In this document: positions 8,273-17,446 of the stretch, in pieces | How the letters are laid out: every line of letters begins with the position of its first letter | Position numbering within the stretch: the first letter of the stretch is position 1 | Assembly (NCBI GenBank): GCA_024403635.1 | Contig: JAKSRL010000001.1 | Coordinates: forward strand, 1 to 43,273 | Origin: Lachnospiraceae bacterium | Lineage (GTDB): Bacteria; Bacillota; Clostridia; Lachnospirales; Lachnospiraceae | Length of the DNA: 43,273 bases | Direction: 5' to 3' | Translations under genes and position numbers: made by a program | The notes under the pieces: model-generated | Told to the model about the DNA's origin: nothing | The model's input: only the letters and a program-made list of their open reading frames with translations | Database searches by the model: none

Positions 8273-9553
8273 ATGAATTACTACGACCCAATGTTTTATA
8301 TCGCGTCCGAGAAAATGCCCTTCACCATTCGTATTGAAGTGTGGTTGAAGGAAGAGACAGTGGATCCGGATATTCTGACCTATGCCATCAGCAAAGCGAT
8401 TCAGCGCTATCCATATTATGCCATTCAGGTGGAAAAGCAAACCATAACGACAGACGGCGAGCCAAGGGAAGAGCTGGTCACGGTGCCGAATGAACGACCA
8501 ATCGTCGTATATCCCGGCCCGAATGTGTACCCGTTAGGTAGCCCGGAAGTGAATTATCACATGCTGGCCTTGTCCTATTATAAAAACCAAATCTATTTCT
8601 ATGCCAGCCATGTCTTCACCGATGGCAGCGGCTATTTCCCATACATCAAAACCGTGCTCTACTATTACCTTTGCAAGCGCCACAACGTAGAGTTGGATTC
8701 CACCGGCATCCGCCTGGCGGGAGAACCGTTCCTCGCGGGCGAAGTAGGCAACCCGTACCCAGAAGAGAAAATGGCAGTGGCAGAGCCATTAGGGAAAAGC
8801 AAAGAATTGAACTGCTTCCGCCTGAAAGACGGAGGCTATGTGACAGACCACGACGCCACCGTGTTCCGGTTTCGAGTGAACAAAAAAGACATGTTGGAAT
8901 TCAGCGAGGACCACGACGGCAGCCCATGGGCTCTGCTTTCTTCTTTGATGGTGAAAGCTATTTGGGACCTGCATCCGCAAGAGGAGAAGGACATCGTCAG
9001 CGCACCATCCTTTAATTTGCGGCCGGGGCTGGGCAACAGCTCCAACTACCGCATGTTGTGTCGCGCACTGAAATTATCGTATCCGAAAAAAGTGAAAGAC
9101 TGGCCGATTCTGAAGCTGTGCACCATTTCTCGGACGATGTTGGCGTTGCAAAGCCATCCGGATAACGTGCTGGTCTATGCCCAAAAGATGCGGCAGCGCA
9201 TGGAAGAAATTTTGGCCATTCCGAGTCTGGAAGAGAAGAAACGAATCATGGGCGAGATGGCCCTGAAAGATTCCATCGACAACACCTTCTCCATCAGCTA
9301 TGTAGGCCGAATCGACCTGGGAAGCATCGAGCCATACCTGGACGCCATCTACAACCTGACGGATGGATCCACCTACGAAACCGCATTCATTGAAGTCTCT
9401 GCGGTTAACGACAGCTTCGACATCGCCTTCCTGCAAGGCTTCTCGTCAGACGTATACTATGAAGCGCTTTTAGATCAACTAAGCAAATACGGCCTCTTCT
9501 TCAAAAAAGAGGGCAGCAGCGCCCTAACAGTACCGAAAATCGTTTTGCCTTAG
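8273..9553 (+). CDS. condensation-domain-like acyltransferase (HxxxDG superfamily)
   Basis: SHVFTDGSG matches the HxxxDG catalytic motif of condensation/PapA5/WS-DGAT-type acyltransferases, and the size (~426 aa) fits. The start is moved to the ATG at 8273, downstream of the promoter above; the track ORF begins at 8174. Confidence 0.55.
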   Translation: MNYYDPMFYIASEKMPFTIRIEVWLKEETVDPDILTYAISKAIQRYPYYAIQVEKQTITTDGEPREELVTVPNERPIVVYPGPNVYPLGSPEVNYHMLALSYYKNQIYFYASHVFTDGSGYFPYIKTVLYYYLCKRHNVELDSTGIRLAGEPFLAGEVGNPYPEEKMAVAEPLGKSKELNCFRLKDGGYVTDHDATVFRFRVNKKDMLEFSEDHDGSPWALLSSLMVKAIWDLHPQEEKDIVSAPSFNLRPGLGNSSNYRMLCRALKLSYPKKVKDWPILKLCTISRTMLALQSHPDNVLVYAQKMRQRMEEILAIPSLEEKKRIMGEMALKDSIDNTFSISYVGRIDLGSIEPYLDAIYNLTDGSTYETAFIEVSAVNDSFDIAFLQGFSSDVYYEALLDQLSKYGLFFKKEGSSALTVPKIVLP

Positions 9554-9567
9554 TCCATACGTAAAGA

Positions 9568-9602
9568 AACCCGCTGAAAAACGTTTCAGCGGGTTGTTTT
9601 TT
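9568..9602. terminator. bidirectional rho-independent terminator
   Basis: 12-bp stem AACCCGCTGAAA/TTTCAGCGGGTT with a 4-nt loop. A T run lies on the + side and TTTCTTT on the - side. It sits between convergent genes. Confidence 0.8.
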
Positions 9603-9651
9603 GTTAACTAAGTTCCAACATCCGGTTGGTCAAAACATCGCATATTTGAAA

Positions 9652-10041
9652 TTACGCCTCAAACTCTGCGTCGTCGATGAAGCACTCCATCTCCTCGATC
9701 TCCTCCTCGGAGTAATTGGAATCGTAAGCATACATGCTGACAAATGACAGCAGTTCCGCCTCCAAAGCGTACTCCTGATAATTTTCCGGGTTGGTCTCCT
9801 CCGCATCGTAGAGGAAAAGAGCCGGATAGTAGTCCTCTTCCTCGTCGCCGTAATAGCCTAGCCCTACGCGAACGCTAATCTCCAAATCAGGAATCACAAT
9901 CCGCAACGGATATGTAAACAGCTGGATGTCATTCTCCCGGATGATTTCGTATGGCTCCAACTCTTCGTAAATTCCGCCGTATTCCTCGTCCAGCTCTTCT
10001 AATATTTCCGCATATTCCGATAATTTAAATCTATATTTCAT
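9652..10041 (-). CDS. hyperacidic small protein (paralogue of 19254-19574)
   Basis: ATG at 10041 preceded by AAGGAG; the track start at 10056 is TTG. About 38 of 129 residues are D/E. Aligns with the ORF at 19254 (e.g. EEEIEEMECFIDDAEFE vs REEIENLECFTDEEEFE). Confidence 0.6.
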   Translation of the reverse strand: MKYRFKLSEYAEILEELDEEYGGIYEELEPYEIIRENDIQLFTYPLRIVIPDLEISVRVGLGYYGDEEEDYYPALFLYDAEETNPENYQEYALEAELLSFVSMYAYDSNYSEEEIEEMECFIDDAEFEA

Positions 10042-10095
10042 AAGGGGCTCCTTCAATTCCGTATTCTTTGCTGTATGCTGAGCAGGGGTGCATTT

Positions 10096-11028
10096 TTAAA
10101 ACCATTTTTTCCATTTGCCGATGATGGCAAAAATCAAAACAACTACGATAGAGAGAATAATGACATAGATATAACCAAATCTCCATGTAAACTCCGGCAT
10201 AGACTGAAAGTTCATGCCGTACCATCCGACGATGATCGTCAGCGGGAAGAAAATGCTGGTGAGGACCGTAAAGATCTTCATCGTATTGTTCATGCTGTTG
10301 TCCAGGTAGGAAGAGTAGGCGTCCTGAAGGTGTTCCACTGTATTTTTCAGGTTGCCGGTATCTTCACGAAGACGCGCAATACGTTTGGAAACATTGTCAA
10401 CATAGATGATGTTGGAATCATCGAAGATTCCGTTATCATTTTCAACGACGGCGTCGGTAATATCCAAGAGCTGTGCATAATAGGAGTGGCGTTTGGAAAG
10501 CAGTTTTTTCGTTTTCAGCAGCTGCAGGTTGAAATCCTTTTCGATTTTCTTTTCAAAAAGAGTTTCCTCCTGCTCGGAAAGCTCGGACTCAATAGCTTCC
10601 AACACGGTATAATCATCCGCAAGAAGCGAGTCTAAAAAAGCAGAGAGAATTTTTTCGCAGCTGGTTTTTTCCGCTGGGTATTTTTGGAGCGCCGACATAT
10701 ACTTCGCACGTGTAGAGCCGTCCACATCACAGATGTCGATCACCAGCATCAGGTTATGCTTCATATAAAGGGCGATGCAATCGTCCGCTTCTTCATGTTC
10801 GTTCATGATCCGCAGCTCCGTAAACGTATAATCAATATGAACCTCAACGCCTGAACGGAAAAAAGAGCTGGCATTTTTGCACGCTACGATGGTACTCTCA
10901 TCAAATCGAAACAGGGAGTTCAGCTCACAAAGCTCATCAATATTCAAATATCCGACGGTCAAAAAAATCGGGTTGATATTTTCTGCAGAAATTTCTTCCA
11001 TTCCGTTTTTTGTTATTTGAAAAAACAT
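10096..11028 (-). CDS. corA: CorA-family magnesium/cobalt transporter
   Basis: YGMNF signature followed by two C-terminal TM helices. ATG at 11028 preceded by GGAGG; the track start at 11040 is TTG. Confidence 0.85.
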   Translation of the reverse strand: MFFQITKNGMEEISAENINPIFLTVGYLNIDELCELNSLFRFDESTIVACKNASSFFRSGVEVHIDYTFTELRIMNEHEEADDCIALYMKHNLMLVIDICDVDGSTRAKYMSALQKYPAEKTSCEKILSAFLDSLLADDYTVLEAIESELSEQEETLFEKKIEKDFNLQLLKTKKLLSKRHSYYAQLLDITDAVVENDNGIFDDSNIIYVDNVSKRIARLREDTGNLKNTVEHLQDAYSSYLDNSMNNTMKIFTVLTSIFFPLTIIVGWYGMNFQSMPEFTWRFGYIYVIILSIVVVLIFAIIGKWKKWF

Positions 11029-11155
11029 GCATACCTCCAAAAATCAATCGTAATGATGTTCTCTTCTCGCATTGTAGCATAAAATGAGAGTGTTCGGTAA
11101 AAATAAGTGTTGGTTCTGTTTCGGTGAATTCCATGATATAGAACCAACAAAAGCC

Positions 11156-11195
11156 CATAAAAAGGGCAGATACGACAATGCATCGCATCCGCCCT
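11156..11195 (-). terminator. rho-independent terminator of the adhesin gene
   Basis: On the - strand, an AGGGCGGA...TCTGCCCT stem (with one G-U pair) is followed by TTTTT. Confidence 0.6.
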
Positions 11196-11234
11196 CTGTA
11201 ACTACTCAGTTAAGTTGTTTCTGCTTTATTCCGG

Positions 11235-14174
11235 TTAGTTTTTCCTTTTTCTGAAATAAATCAAGCTTCCGATTAATGCAGCTCCGCTAATACACAAGAG
11301 AGCAAACCAAAGAGTAAGGTTGTTGCTGTCTCCGGTTTTAGGATAGTCAGGATCATCCGGAGTAGGCGTAACATTTCTCGTATTGATGAATGTTGCGGTC
11401 ATCGTATCGTCACCGACGATGGTACCTTCCTCACCGGTTTTGGTGGTTACATATCCATCTGCAGTGTAGTCCTTCTCGCTTACTGTGTATGCTGTTCCGT
11501 TTGGGAGCTCGGTTGCAGTCTTGCTTTCCCCATCTTTCAGGGTGAAGGTAGCTACGCCATTTTCAAAGGTCATATCTCCGTAGGTTCCATTGATTGAGGT
11601 ATCGTCCAGTGTAACTGTGAAGTTGAACTCCTTGGTCTTGCTTGCCGAATTACCTTCGACTGTCTTGCTGACGGTCAGATCACCGTAGGTATTGCGGGTA
11701 TTGGTAAATGCTGCGGTCATCGTATCGTCGCCGACGATGGTACCTTCCTCACCGGTTTTGGTGGATACATAACCTTCGCGGGTGTAGTCACTTTCGCTTA
11801 CGATATATGCTGTTCCCTCAGGAAGCCAGGTCGCAGTCTTGCTTTCCCCATCTTTCAGAGGGAAGGCGGCTACGCCGTTTACAAAGGCCATATCTCCATA
11901 GGTTCCGTCGATTGAGGTATCGTCCAGCGTAACTGTGAAGTTGAACTCCATATCCTTATCACAGTCATTACCATCGACTGTCTTGGAAACAACAAGTGCA
12001 CCACGAGCAACAGGTGTGTGCGTATTGTTGATGGTATAACCTGAGGCTTCACTGCCGGAGATGATTGTATGATAACCGTCTACGGTATTCTCCGTAACAG
12101 AATAGAAAATTTTGTTTCCGTCTGGGTCAAATACATTAAGGTCAGTGAAAACATCTTCCCAGTGGTTGTCCTCGTTAAGAACAAGAGTTTTACCGGTAGG
12201 TTTGAGGTCTGCAAGAAGGTTAACCGTTACGCTTTCTGGGCGGATTCCATCCCGGTCTTGTTCATCGTGCCAGATCTTGTTTACTGAAATGCTGGTCTGT
12301 TCTGGCGTATAAGTGTTTGTTATACTATAGTTACTTTGGTTATAGGAAGGAGTGTAGTTCGGCACATTTACCTCGGAAATGGAGTAGACAATTTCTGTAC
12401 CGTGGTCATATTTATCCAAATCAGTAAAAGTCCATTTCCATCCGTCTGCTTCCGTGACAGTCTTTGTTTCCTTTACAACACCGTCAGCGTGCAGGAAAAC
12501 CGTAATACTTGTTGGACGATCCTCCTCGAGATTGTCCCCATGATTCCAAGTCTTTTCTCCTGAAACAGAAATGTGCTGGACCTCGTGAGTATTGGTGATG
12601 ATGAAGCCTACGGTTTTGCCTGCGTCATCTACCTGTGGCTCACAGTCTGATGTATAACCGTCCACAGGAACTTCTTCCACCGTGTAAATAATTTGTTTCC
12701 CGTCTTTTTTCTCAACAAGGTCTTCAAATTCGCCGCTCCAGTTGTTATTCTCCGTGAGTGTGATAGCCTTTTCGGTGTCAATTCCATCTGCAAAAAGCTT
12801 GACGGTTACGGAGCTAGGGCGGAGTCCATCGTGATTGGCGGAGTCATTCCAAGTCTTTTCAACGTTAATGCTTGTTATGCCAGGTGTGTAAGTATTGGTA
12901 ATATTGTATCCCTGATAGCTTGCGGAATAGTCCGGAACATATCCCTCGTCAACGGTATATATAATCTCAGTGCCGTCTGGATCAAACTTTGGCATATTAG
13001 GGAAGGAATAAGCCCAATTGCCTGCTGGATCTGGCTGCACAGTCAAGGTCTGTTTTATCTCACCGTTTGCATGAAGATGAACGGTAATGCTTGTAGGGCG
13101 CTGATTCTCAGGATTGTCACCGTGAATCCAGGTCTTATAGCCGCTGATGGTAATCGTTTCGTCTGCTGCGTGAAGTGTAGCTCCTCCAGTAAAATCAGCA
13201 GTAGTGATACCAACGCTGAGCATGGTCTGGAATGGGTGCAGAACATAGCCCTGTCCGTCACCTTTATCACCGATACCCTTTTCGTTCGTCACGTATTGCG
13301 TAATGTTGGTAGGAACCTTGGCAGAGCCTGTAATGCTGATGGACTGTCCTTCCGCAGAAGGGCCGTGCTCGGTCTGCAGATAGAAAGTCTCTCCACCGTA
13401 GACGGTATAACCGAGAATAACAAATTCGCCGTCTATAAAATCCCAATTCGGGGAAATCTCAAAACCGTCTTTGTCCAAAATGACTACGCCGTCTGGAACT
13501 GTGACGTTATACATAATCCGAAAGCCATCGGGATTTGTGATTGACAATGCGTCGGTCTTCCAGTATTCGCCGTGCTTTGCAAAGGTGGTACTACCGATCA
13601 CGTCGGGAGTAAATGAATCAGGAAGCTGCGGAAGTGGATCGCCGTGAAGCGCATAATCAATAAGTGCATTGTAGGCATCATCCCATCCTGGAATATCTGA
13701 GCCGGAACTTTCCATAATTGGAGTAAAGTGGGTATTTCCAGGAACGTTCCAAGTAGTCATCAGTGTCCAGATGAGCCCTTGTGTCAAATTGGATGCCATT
13801 TCCGATGCCGATGCTGCATCATAAGACTCATACAGAGGTGCCAAGGCGCCTACGGCATCATAAGGGTAGCCGGCAAAAAGGACTCTCTGAATAATAGCCT
13901 GCTGTTCCGCAGTCAAAAGATCAATAGAAGCTGCTTCTGTATAATGTGTCGGTGGATTTGCGTATCCTTCTCCGGTAACCGGCCATAGATAATCATACTG
14001 CATACAGTAGATGACTCTATGCACACCGTTTACGAGAACATCTTTCTGCGTTTTTCCAGGGATATGTTCCATTGTGAATGATTCACCTGAAGCATCAGCT
14101 GCAAATGCCATCGTTGGAGCAAGCGATAAGCACAACATAACGCAGAGAAGGAGAGAAAGAATTTTCTTTTTCAT
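11235..14174 (-). CDS. sortase-anchored adhesin: N-terminal thioester-like domain, 4 CnaB-type repeats, 2 near-identical C-terminal Ig-like repeats
   Basis: AGGAGGAA RBS and a signal peptide (MKKKILSLLLCVMLCLSLAPTMAFA). IYCMQ and LTQGLIW match thioester-domain Cys and Gln motifs. Four units match the pattern ExTWxxxxxxxxRPxSVTVxLxAdG...IxYTVxE. C-terminal sorting signal YPKTGD + hydrophobic helix + RKRKN. Confidence 0.85.
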   Translation of the reverse strand: MKKKILSLLLCVMLCLSLAPTMAFAADASGESFTMEHIPGKTQKDVLVNGVHRVIYCMQYDYLWPVTGEGYANPPTHYTEAASIDLLTAEQQAIIQRVLFAGYPYDAVGALAPLYESYDAASASEMASNLTQGLIWTLMTTWNVPGNTHFTPIMESSGSDIPGWDDAYNALIDYALHGDPLPQLPDSFTPDVIGSTTFAKHGEYWKTDALSITNPDGFRIMYNVTVPDGVVILDKDGFEISPNWDFIDGEFVILGYTVYGGETFYLQTEHGPSAEGQSISITGSAKVPTNITQYVTNEKGIGDKGDGQGYVLHPFQTMLSVGITTADFTGGATLHAADETITISGYKTWIHGDNPENQRPTSITVHLHANGEIKQTLTVQPDPAGNWAYSFPNMPKFDPDGTEIIYTVDEGYVPDYSASYQGYNITNTYTPGITSINVEKTWNDSANHDGLRPSSVTVKLFADGIDTEKAITLTENNNWSGEFEDLVEKKDGKQIIYTVEEVPVDGYTSDCEPQVDDAGKTVGFIITNTHEVQHISVSGEKTWNHGDNLEEDRPTSITVFLHADGVVKETKTVTEADGWKWTFTDLDKYDHGTEIVYSISEVNVPNYTPSYNQSNYSITNTYTPEQTSISVNKIWHDEQDRDGIRPESVTVNLLADLKPTGKTLVLNEDNHWEDVFTDLNVFDPDGNKIFYSVTENTVDGYHTIISGSEASGYTINNTHTPVARGALVVSKTVDGNDCDKDMEFNFTVTLDDTSIDGTYGDMAFVNGVAAFPLKDGESKTATWLPEGTAYIVSESDYTREGYVSTKTGEEGTIVGDDTMTAAFTNTRNTYGDLTVSKTVEGNSASKTKEFNFTVTLDDTSINGTYGDMTFENGVATFTLKDGESKTATELPNGTAYTVSEKDYTADGYVTTKTGEEGTIVGDDTMTATFINTRNVTPTPDDPDYPKTGDSNNLTLWFALLCISGAALIGSLIYFRKRKN
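11385..12010 (-). repeat. tandem ~318-nt intragenic duplication in the adhesin
   Basis: Two ~106-aa units (SKTV.GN...EFNFTVTLDDTSI.GTYGDM.F.NGVA.F.LKDGESKTA...TKTGEEGTIVGDDTMTA.F.NTRN) with long identical nucleotide runs, e.g. GCGGTCATCGTATCGTC at ~11393 and ~11711. Confidence 0.8.
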
Positions 14175-14501
14175 TTTGTTTTCCTCCTGAACATGTATTT
14201 CGTATTGTGGGGGACTTGGGATGGAAAATACCCTCCCATATTGGGTTTTATATCCCTAAAAAGCAGAGATATCTCTATCATATAATAGTACACAATTTGG
14301 GTTAAAATATAATGTGTGGCTTTGCACCATGTCTAAGACAAAGACACACAAAATAAGAATAACACAAAAAGCGCAAAAAAACAAAGGAATAGTTTGCACG
14401 GTGGTCCCAAATAGTAAATCCTGCAATTTAGAACCACCAAAAGGGCATAAAAATGATTTAGCGAAGAAAAATTAAAACGGCATTTACCGGAACTAAGAGG
14501 A

Positions 14502-14620
14502 ATGACGATACAATCACCGGATATATTTTTGCCACGAATGCAAGAAATCTTTGCGGAATGTGGAGTGGCTTTTGTATTGCTACCTCATTTGAAAAATTCC
14601 GGAGTGAATGGTAAGGTCAC
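14502..14620 (+). pseudogene. gene remnant, possibly ImmA/IrrE-HigA-type antitoxin/peptidase fragment
   Basis: The short ORF segment ...IFAECGVAFVLLPHLKNSGVNG resembles the central part of XRE/ImmA-type proteins. It lacks the N-terminal HTH and the C-terminal HExxH, and the ORF then runs into the convergent transporter gene. Confidence 0.25.
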
Positions 14621-14646
14621 TGGAGTTCCAGTGACCTTAATTTTTA
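14613..14646 (+). terminator. strong hairpin / terminator
   Basis: 11-bp perfect stem AAGGTCACTGG/CCAGTGACCTT with a 4-nt loop, followed by AATTTTTAT. It lies 17 nt beyond the stop of the - strand transporter. Confidence 0.55.
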
Positions 14647-14662
14647 TATGTAATCGTAATGC

Positions 14663-16069
14663 TTACGCTCCATATCCTACTGCTAAGCCAAGCAGCAAGA
14701 GTCCGGAAGTTAACACCAAGTTTAACAGCTGGAATTTGATGCTCCACTTGAACCACTCGCCGTAGCTTTCGTCGGTGAGACCCAAAGCTACCAGCAGCGC
14801 CGCATTGGTCGGATACAGAACGTTACTGAAACCGTCACCGAAAGCAAAGGCTACAATGCAAAGCTGAGCTGGAATACCGAAAATCTGAGCCATCGGAACG
14901 ATCAGCGGAATCAGCATAAAGGCCTTGGCAGAGCCGGAACCGATAAAGAAGTTCATGACCAGAACGATAGCATAAATAAACAGAATGACCGTCCATCTTG
15001 GCATGGTTGCCGCCTGAGCTACCGCGCTGTGAAGGACTGTATCCAAAACGTTGGCCGTGTCCAGCGTATACTTAATGGAGGAGGCCATAAGAATCATCAG
15101 TACAACCGGTAAGAAGCCAATGAGGCCCTTTCCAAAAGCTTTGAGAAGTTCTTTTCCCTTCATGCCAGCTGCCAGAGGAGCAGCGATACCTGCAACCAGG
15201 AACATCAACGCAACAATATAAAGAGTGAAATCCTGCAGGAAGGTGATGAAGCTGGAAGACAGAACCGTGGCCAGGCCGATGGCGATGATAATGGCGAAGA
15301 CCTTAAGACCTTTGTCCAGTTTCGTATCCGGACGGAAATTGTCCGTGATTTCCGAAGAAATCGGCTTTTCCACTTTCTTTGCATGGAGGCGAATAAACAG
15401 CCACAGCAAAAGGAAAATCAGCACGAAACTTAAGGCGCGGAGCCAGATTCCGGAGAACATCGGAAGCCCAGCCAAGCCTTGGGCAACACCGACGGTGAAC
15501 GGATTGCAGACACCGGAAGCGAAGCCGCAGCCTACTGCCAGCAAGCTCATTCCCAAACCGGTGAGCTTGTCCCAGCCCATGGAAACCGCCAGCACCACAA
15601 CAATCGGCACCAGAGGAATACACTCCTCAAAGGAACCAATCAAGGCGCCCATGGCCATGAAGAAAAAAGTAATCACGAACAAAAAGGTGTAGCGCTTGGC
15701 GCCGTATTTCCACGCGATTTTGTCCAGCATATATTGCATTAAATTGCAGCGAGACAGGCATTCAAAAATGCCGCCGATAACCAGAAGAAAGGCGATAACT
15801 GCGATGATCAGCGCGCTGCCCGGAGCGCCCAGCACCAGAAACGGAGAAAGAATCCATTTCCAGAAAGGGATTCCGCCGTCCACATAATGGAACTCGCTGT
15901 CCATGGTGATGATCAGATTACCGCTGCCGTCGTCGGTGCGCACGTATTGTCCGCCCGGAATAATAAAGGTCAGCACATAGGTCACAATCATCAGAACAAA
16001 AATAATGATAATGGCAGTAATAAACGATTTTACGCTAATACTCATGCCTTTTTTTGCTTTACTCTCCAT
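14663..16069 (-). CDS. YfcC/DcuC-type anaerobic carrier family membrane transporter
   Basis: About 12 TM helices with the YfcC-like layout. It starts 3 nt after the stop of the M20 peptidase; a peptidase-transporter pairing is typical for this family. Confidence 0.65.
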   Translation of the reverse strand: MESKAKKGMSISVKSFITAIIIIFVLMIVTYVLTFIIPGGQYVRTDDGSGNLIITMDSEFHYVDGGIPFWKWILSPFLVLGAPGSALIIAVIAFLLVIGGIFECLSRCNLMQYMLDKIAWKYGAKRYTFLFVITFFFMAMGALIGSFEECIPLVPIVVVLAVSMGWDKLTGLGMSLLAVGCGFASGVCNPFTVGVAQGLAGLPMFSGIWLRALSFVLIFLLLWLFIRLHAKKVEKPISSEITDNFRPDTKLDKGLKVFAIIIAIGLATVLSSSFITFLQDFTLYIVALMFLVAGIAAPLAAGMKGKELLKAFGKGLIGFLPVVLMILMASSIKYTLDTANVLDTVLHSAVAQAATMPRWTVILFIYAIVLVMNFFIGSGSAKAFMLIPLIVPMAQIFGIPAQLCIVAFAFGDGFSNVLYPTNAALLVALGLTDESYGEWFKWSIKFQLLNLVLTSGLLLLGLAVGYGA

Positions 16070-16072
16070 AAT

Positions 16073-17401
16073 TTAAGCCTCACTGATAATGTATTTATAG
16101 AAATCGACTGCCGGTACCAAAGTGTCTAAATCCACGCATTCGTTGAGTCCGTGGATGCTGCCAAGCTGCTCGTCGCTGATGGTGAACGGTACAAAGCGCA
16201 GACAGCAATCGCTGACCCGGCTGAAATAACGGGCATCGGAAGCGCCAGTCATAACGTACGGAACCGATGGAACCTTCGGGAAATTTTCCGCTACCGCCCG
16301 CTCCACTAAGCGGAAGCCGTCGCTGTTAAAGTCCGAAATTGGGGACTCAAAGCCCGGGTCTAAAACTTCCACATCAATCTTATATTTCTTCGCCAGAGCT
16401 TCTACCGCAGCGATGCTGGCTTTTCCGCCCTGGTGGTGAGAGAACCGCATGTTGCCAATGACCCAAGCCTCCTGAGGAAGCACGTTGGTTCCTTCGCTGC
16501 CCTGGGCCATAGTAAAGGCCAGAGTCGTCTTCAGCATGGCTCCAGCGGTTTCGCTAAGCTTCGGCATTAAGCTGGTAATCAGCGTATTGAACCCATCGGG
16601 ATGGGATAGAATGGCTTTTAGAGGACCATTCACAAACGGTGCAATCCGGAGAAACATTTCCCGAACGGTGGAAGAAACCTTCACGTCGAAGAGCTCTTTT
16701 TGCTCCACCTCTGCCATAAATTTTCCCAGACGAACTAAAGGAGAATTCTTCGGTGGAGTAGACGCATGGCCACCGTTGCTGCGGGCAATAAATTTCAAAT
16801 CCGCACAGCCCTTTTCGCCAACGCCGACCATAGCGAAGCGATTTTCCGTTCCGCCAATCGGATCTAAGACAATCATTCCGCCTTCATCTAAAACAAAATA
16901 GAAACGGATGCCACGAGCTTCCAGCACCTGGGAGATTTTGTCCGCACCACTGCCGTCGGTTTCCTCTGTGCAAGCAGATTCAAAATAAATGTCCCGGTCC
17001 GGAATAAAGCCTTCCGCCGCCAATTCCTCTGCCGCTTGCATCATGCAGAATAGGCCGCCTTTGGTGTCTAAGGTTCCACGGCCCCAAACTTTTCCTTCCG
17101 CAATCTCGCCGGAGAACGGGGGATACTTCCAGTCGCCGGTGGCTTCCACCACATCATGATGGTTCATCAAAAGAATGGGAGCTTTGGAACTGTCCTTTCC
17201 CGGCCAGCGCAGCAGCAGACTGCCATCAAACTCCTCCCATTGGCAGGCAGCAGAAATATGGGGGAATTCCTGCCGAAGCACGTCGTGAAAACGACGGAAT
17301 TTTTCCAGGTCCGTCTGTCCATGCTGGGAGATGGTTTCTATCTGAATCAACCGACTCAAGCCCTTGGCATATTCTGTTGTGCGTAGTTCTTCGTTCGCCA
17401 T
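16073..17401 (-). CDS. M20-family metallopeptidase (dipeptidase/deacylase)
   Basis: LLMNHHDVV and VWGRGTLDTKGG metal-site motifs. The dimerisation-domain region and the size fit the M20 family. RBS AAGAGGA. Confidence 0.85.
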   Translation of the reverse strand: MANEELRTTEYAKGLSRLIQIETISQHGQTDLEKFRRFHDVLRQEFPHISAACQWEEFDGSLLLRWPGKDSSKAPILLMNHHDVVEATGDWKYPPFSGEIAEGKVWGRGTLDTKGGLFCMMQAAEELAAEGFIPDRDIYFESACTEETDGSGADKISQVLEARGIRFYFVLDEGGMIVLDPIGGTENRFAMVGVGEKGCADLKFIARSNGGHASTPPKNSPLVRLGKFMAEVEQKELFDVKVSSTVREMFLRIAPFVNGPLKAILSHPDGFNTLITSLMPKLSETAGAMLKTTLAFTMAQGSEGTNVLPQEAWVIGNMRFSHHQGGKASIAAVEALAKKYKIDVEVLDPGFESPISDFNSDGFRLVERAVAENFPKVPSVPYVMTGASDARYFSRVSDCCLRFVPFTISDEQLGSIHGLNECVDLDTLVPAVDFYKYIISEA

Positions 17402-17446
17402 GATGTCCTCTTTCTGAGCGTTAGTGCGCGTTAAATGAGCGTTAGA

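Noticed and set aside
8671-9045. Alternative-frame ORFs (8671-9015 +, 8789-8980 -, 8836-9045 -) inside the acyltransferase-like gene
   Set aside because: Their Arg/Pro-rich translations are typical of off-frame reading of a G+C-rich coding region.
10075-10635. 186-aa + strand ORF opposite corA; similar shadow ORFs at 15225-15692 and 16485-16901
   Set aside because: They are antisense to genes with clear family signatures and have no independent support.
12693-13544. 283-aa + strand ORF, and several smaller ones, inside the adhesin gene
   Set aside because: This is a shadow ORF of a long, repeat-rich - strand gene. It has no RBS and its composition is not protein-like.
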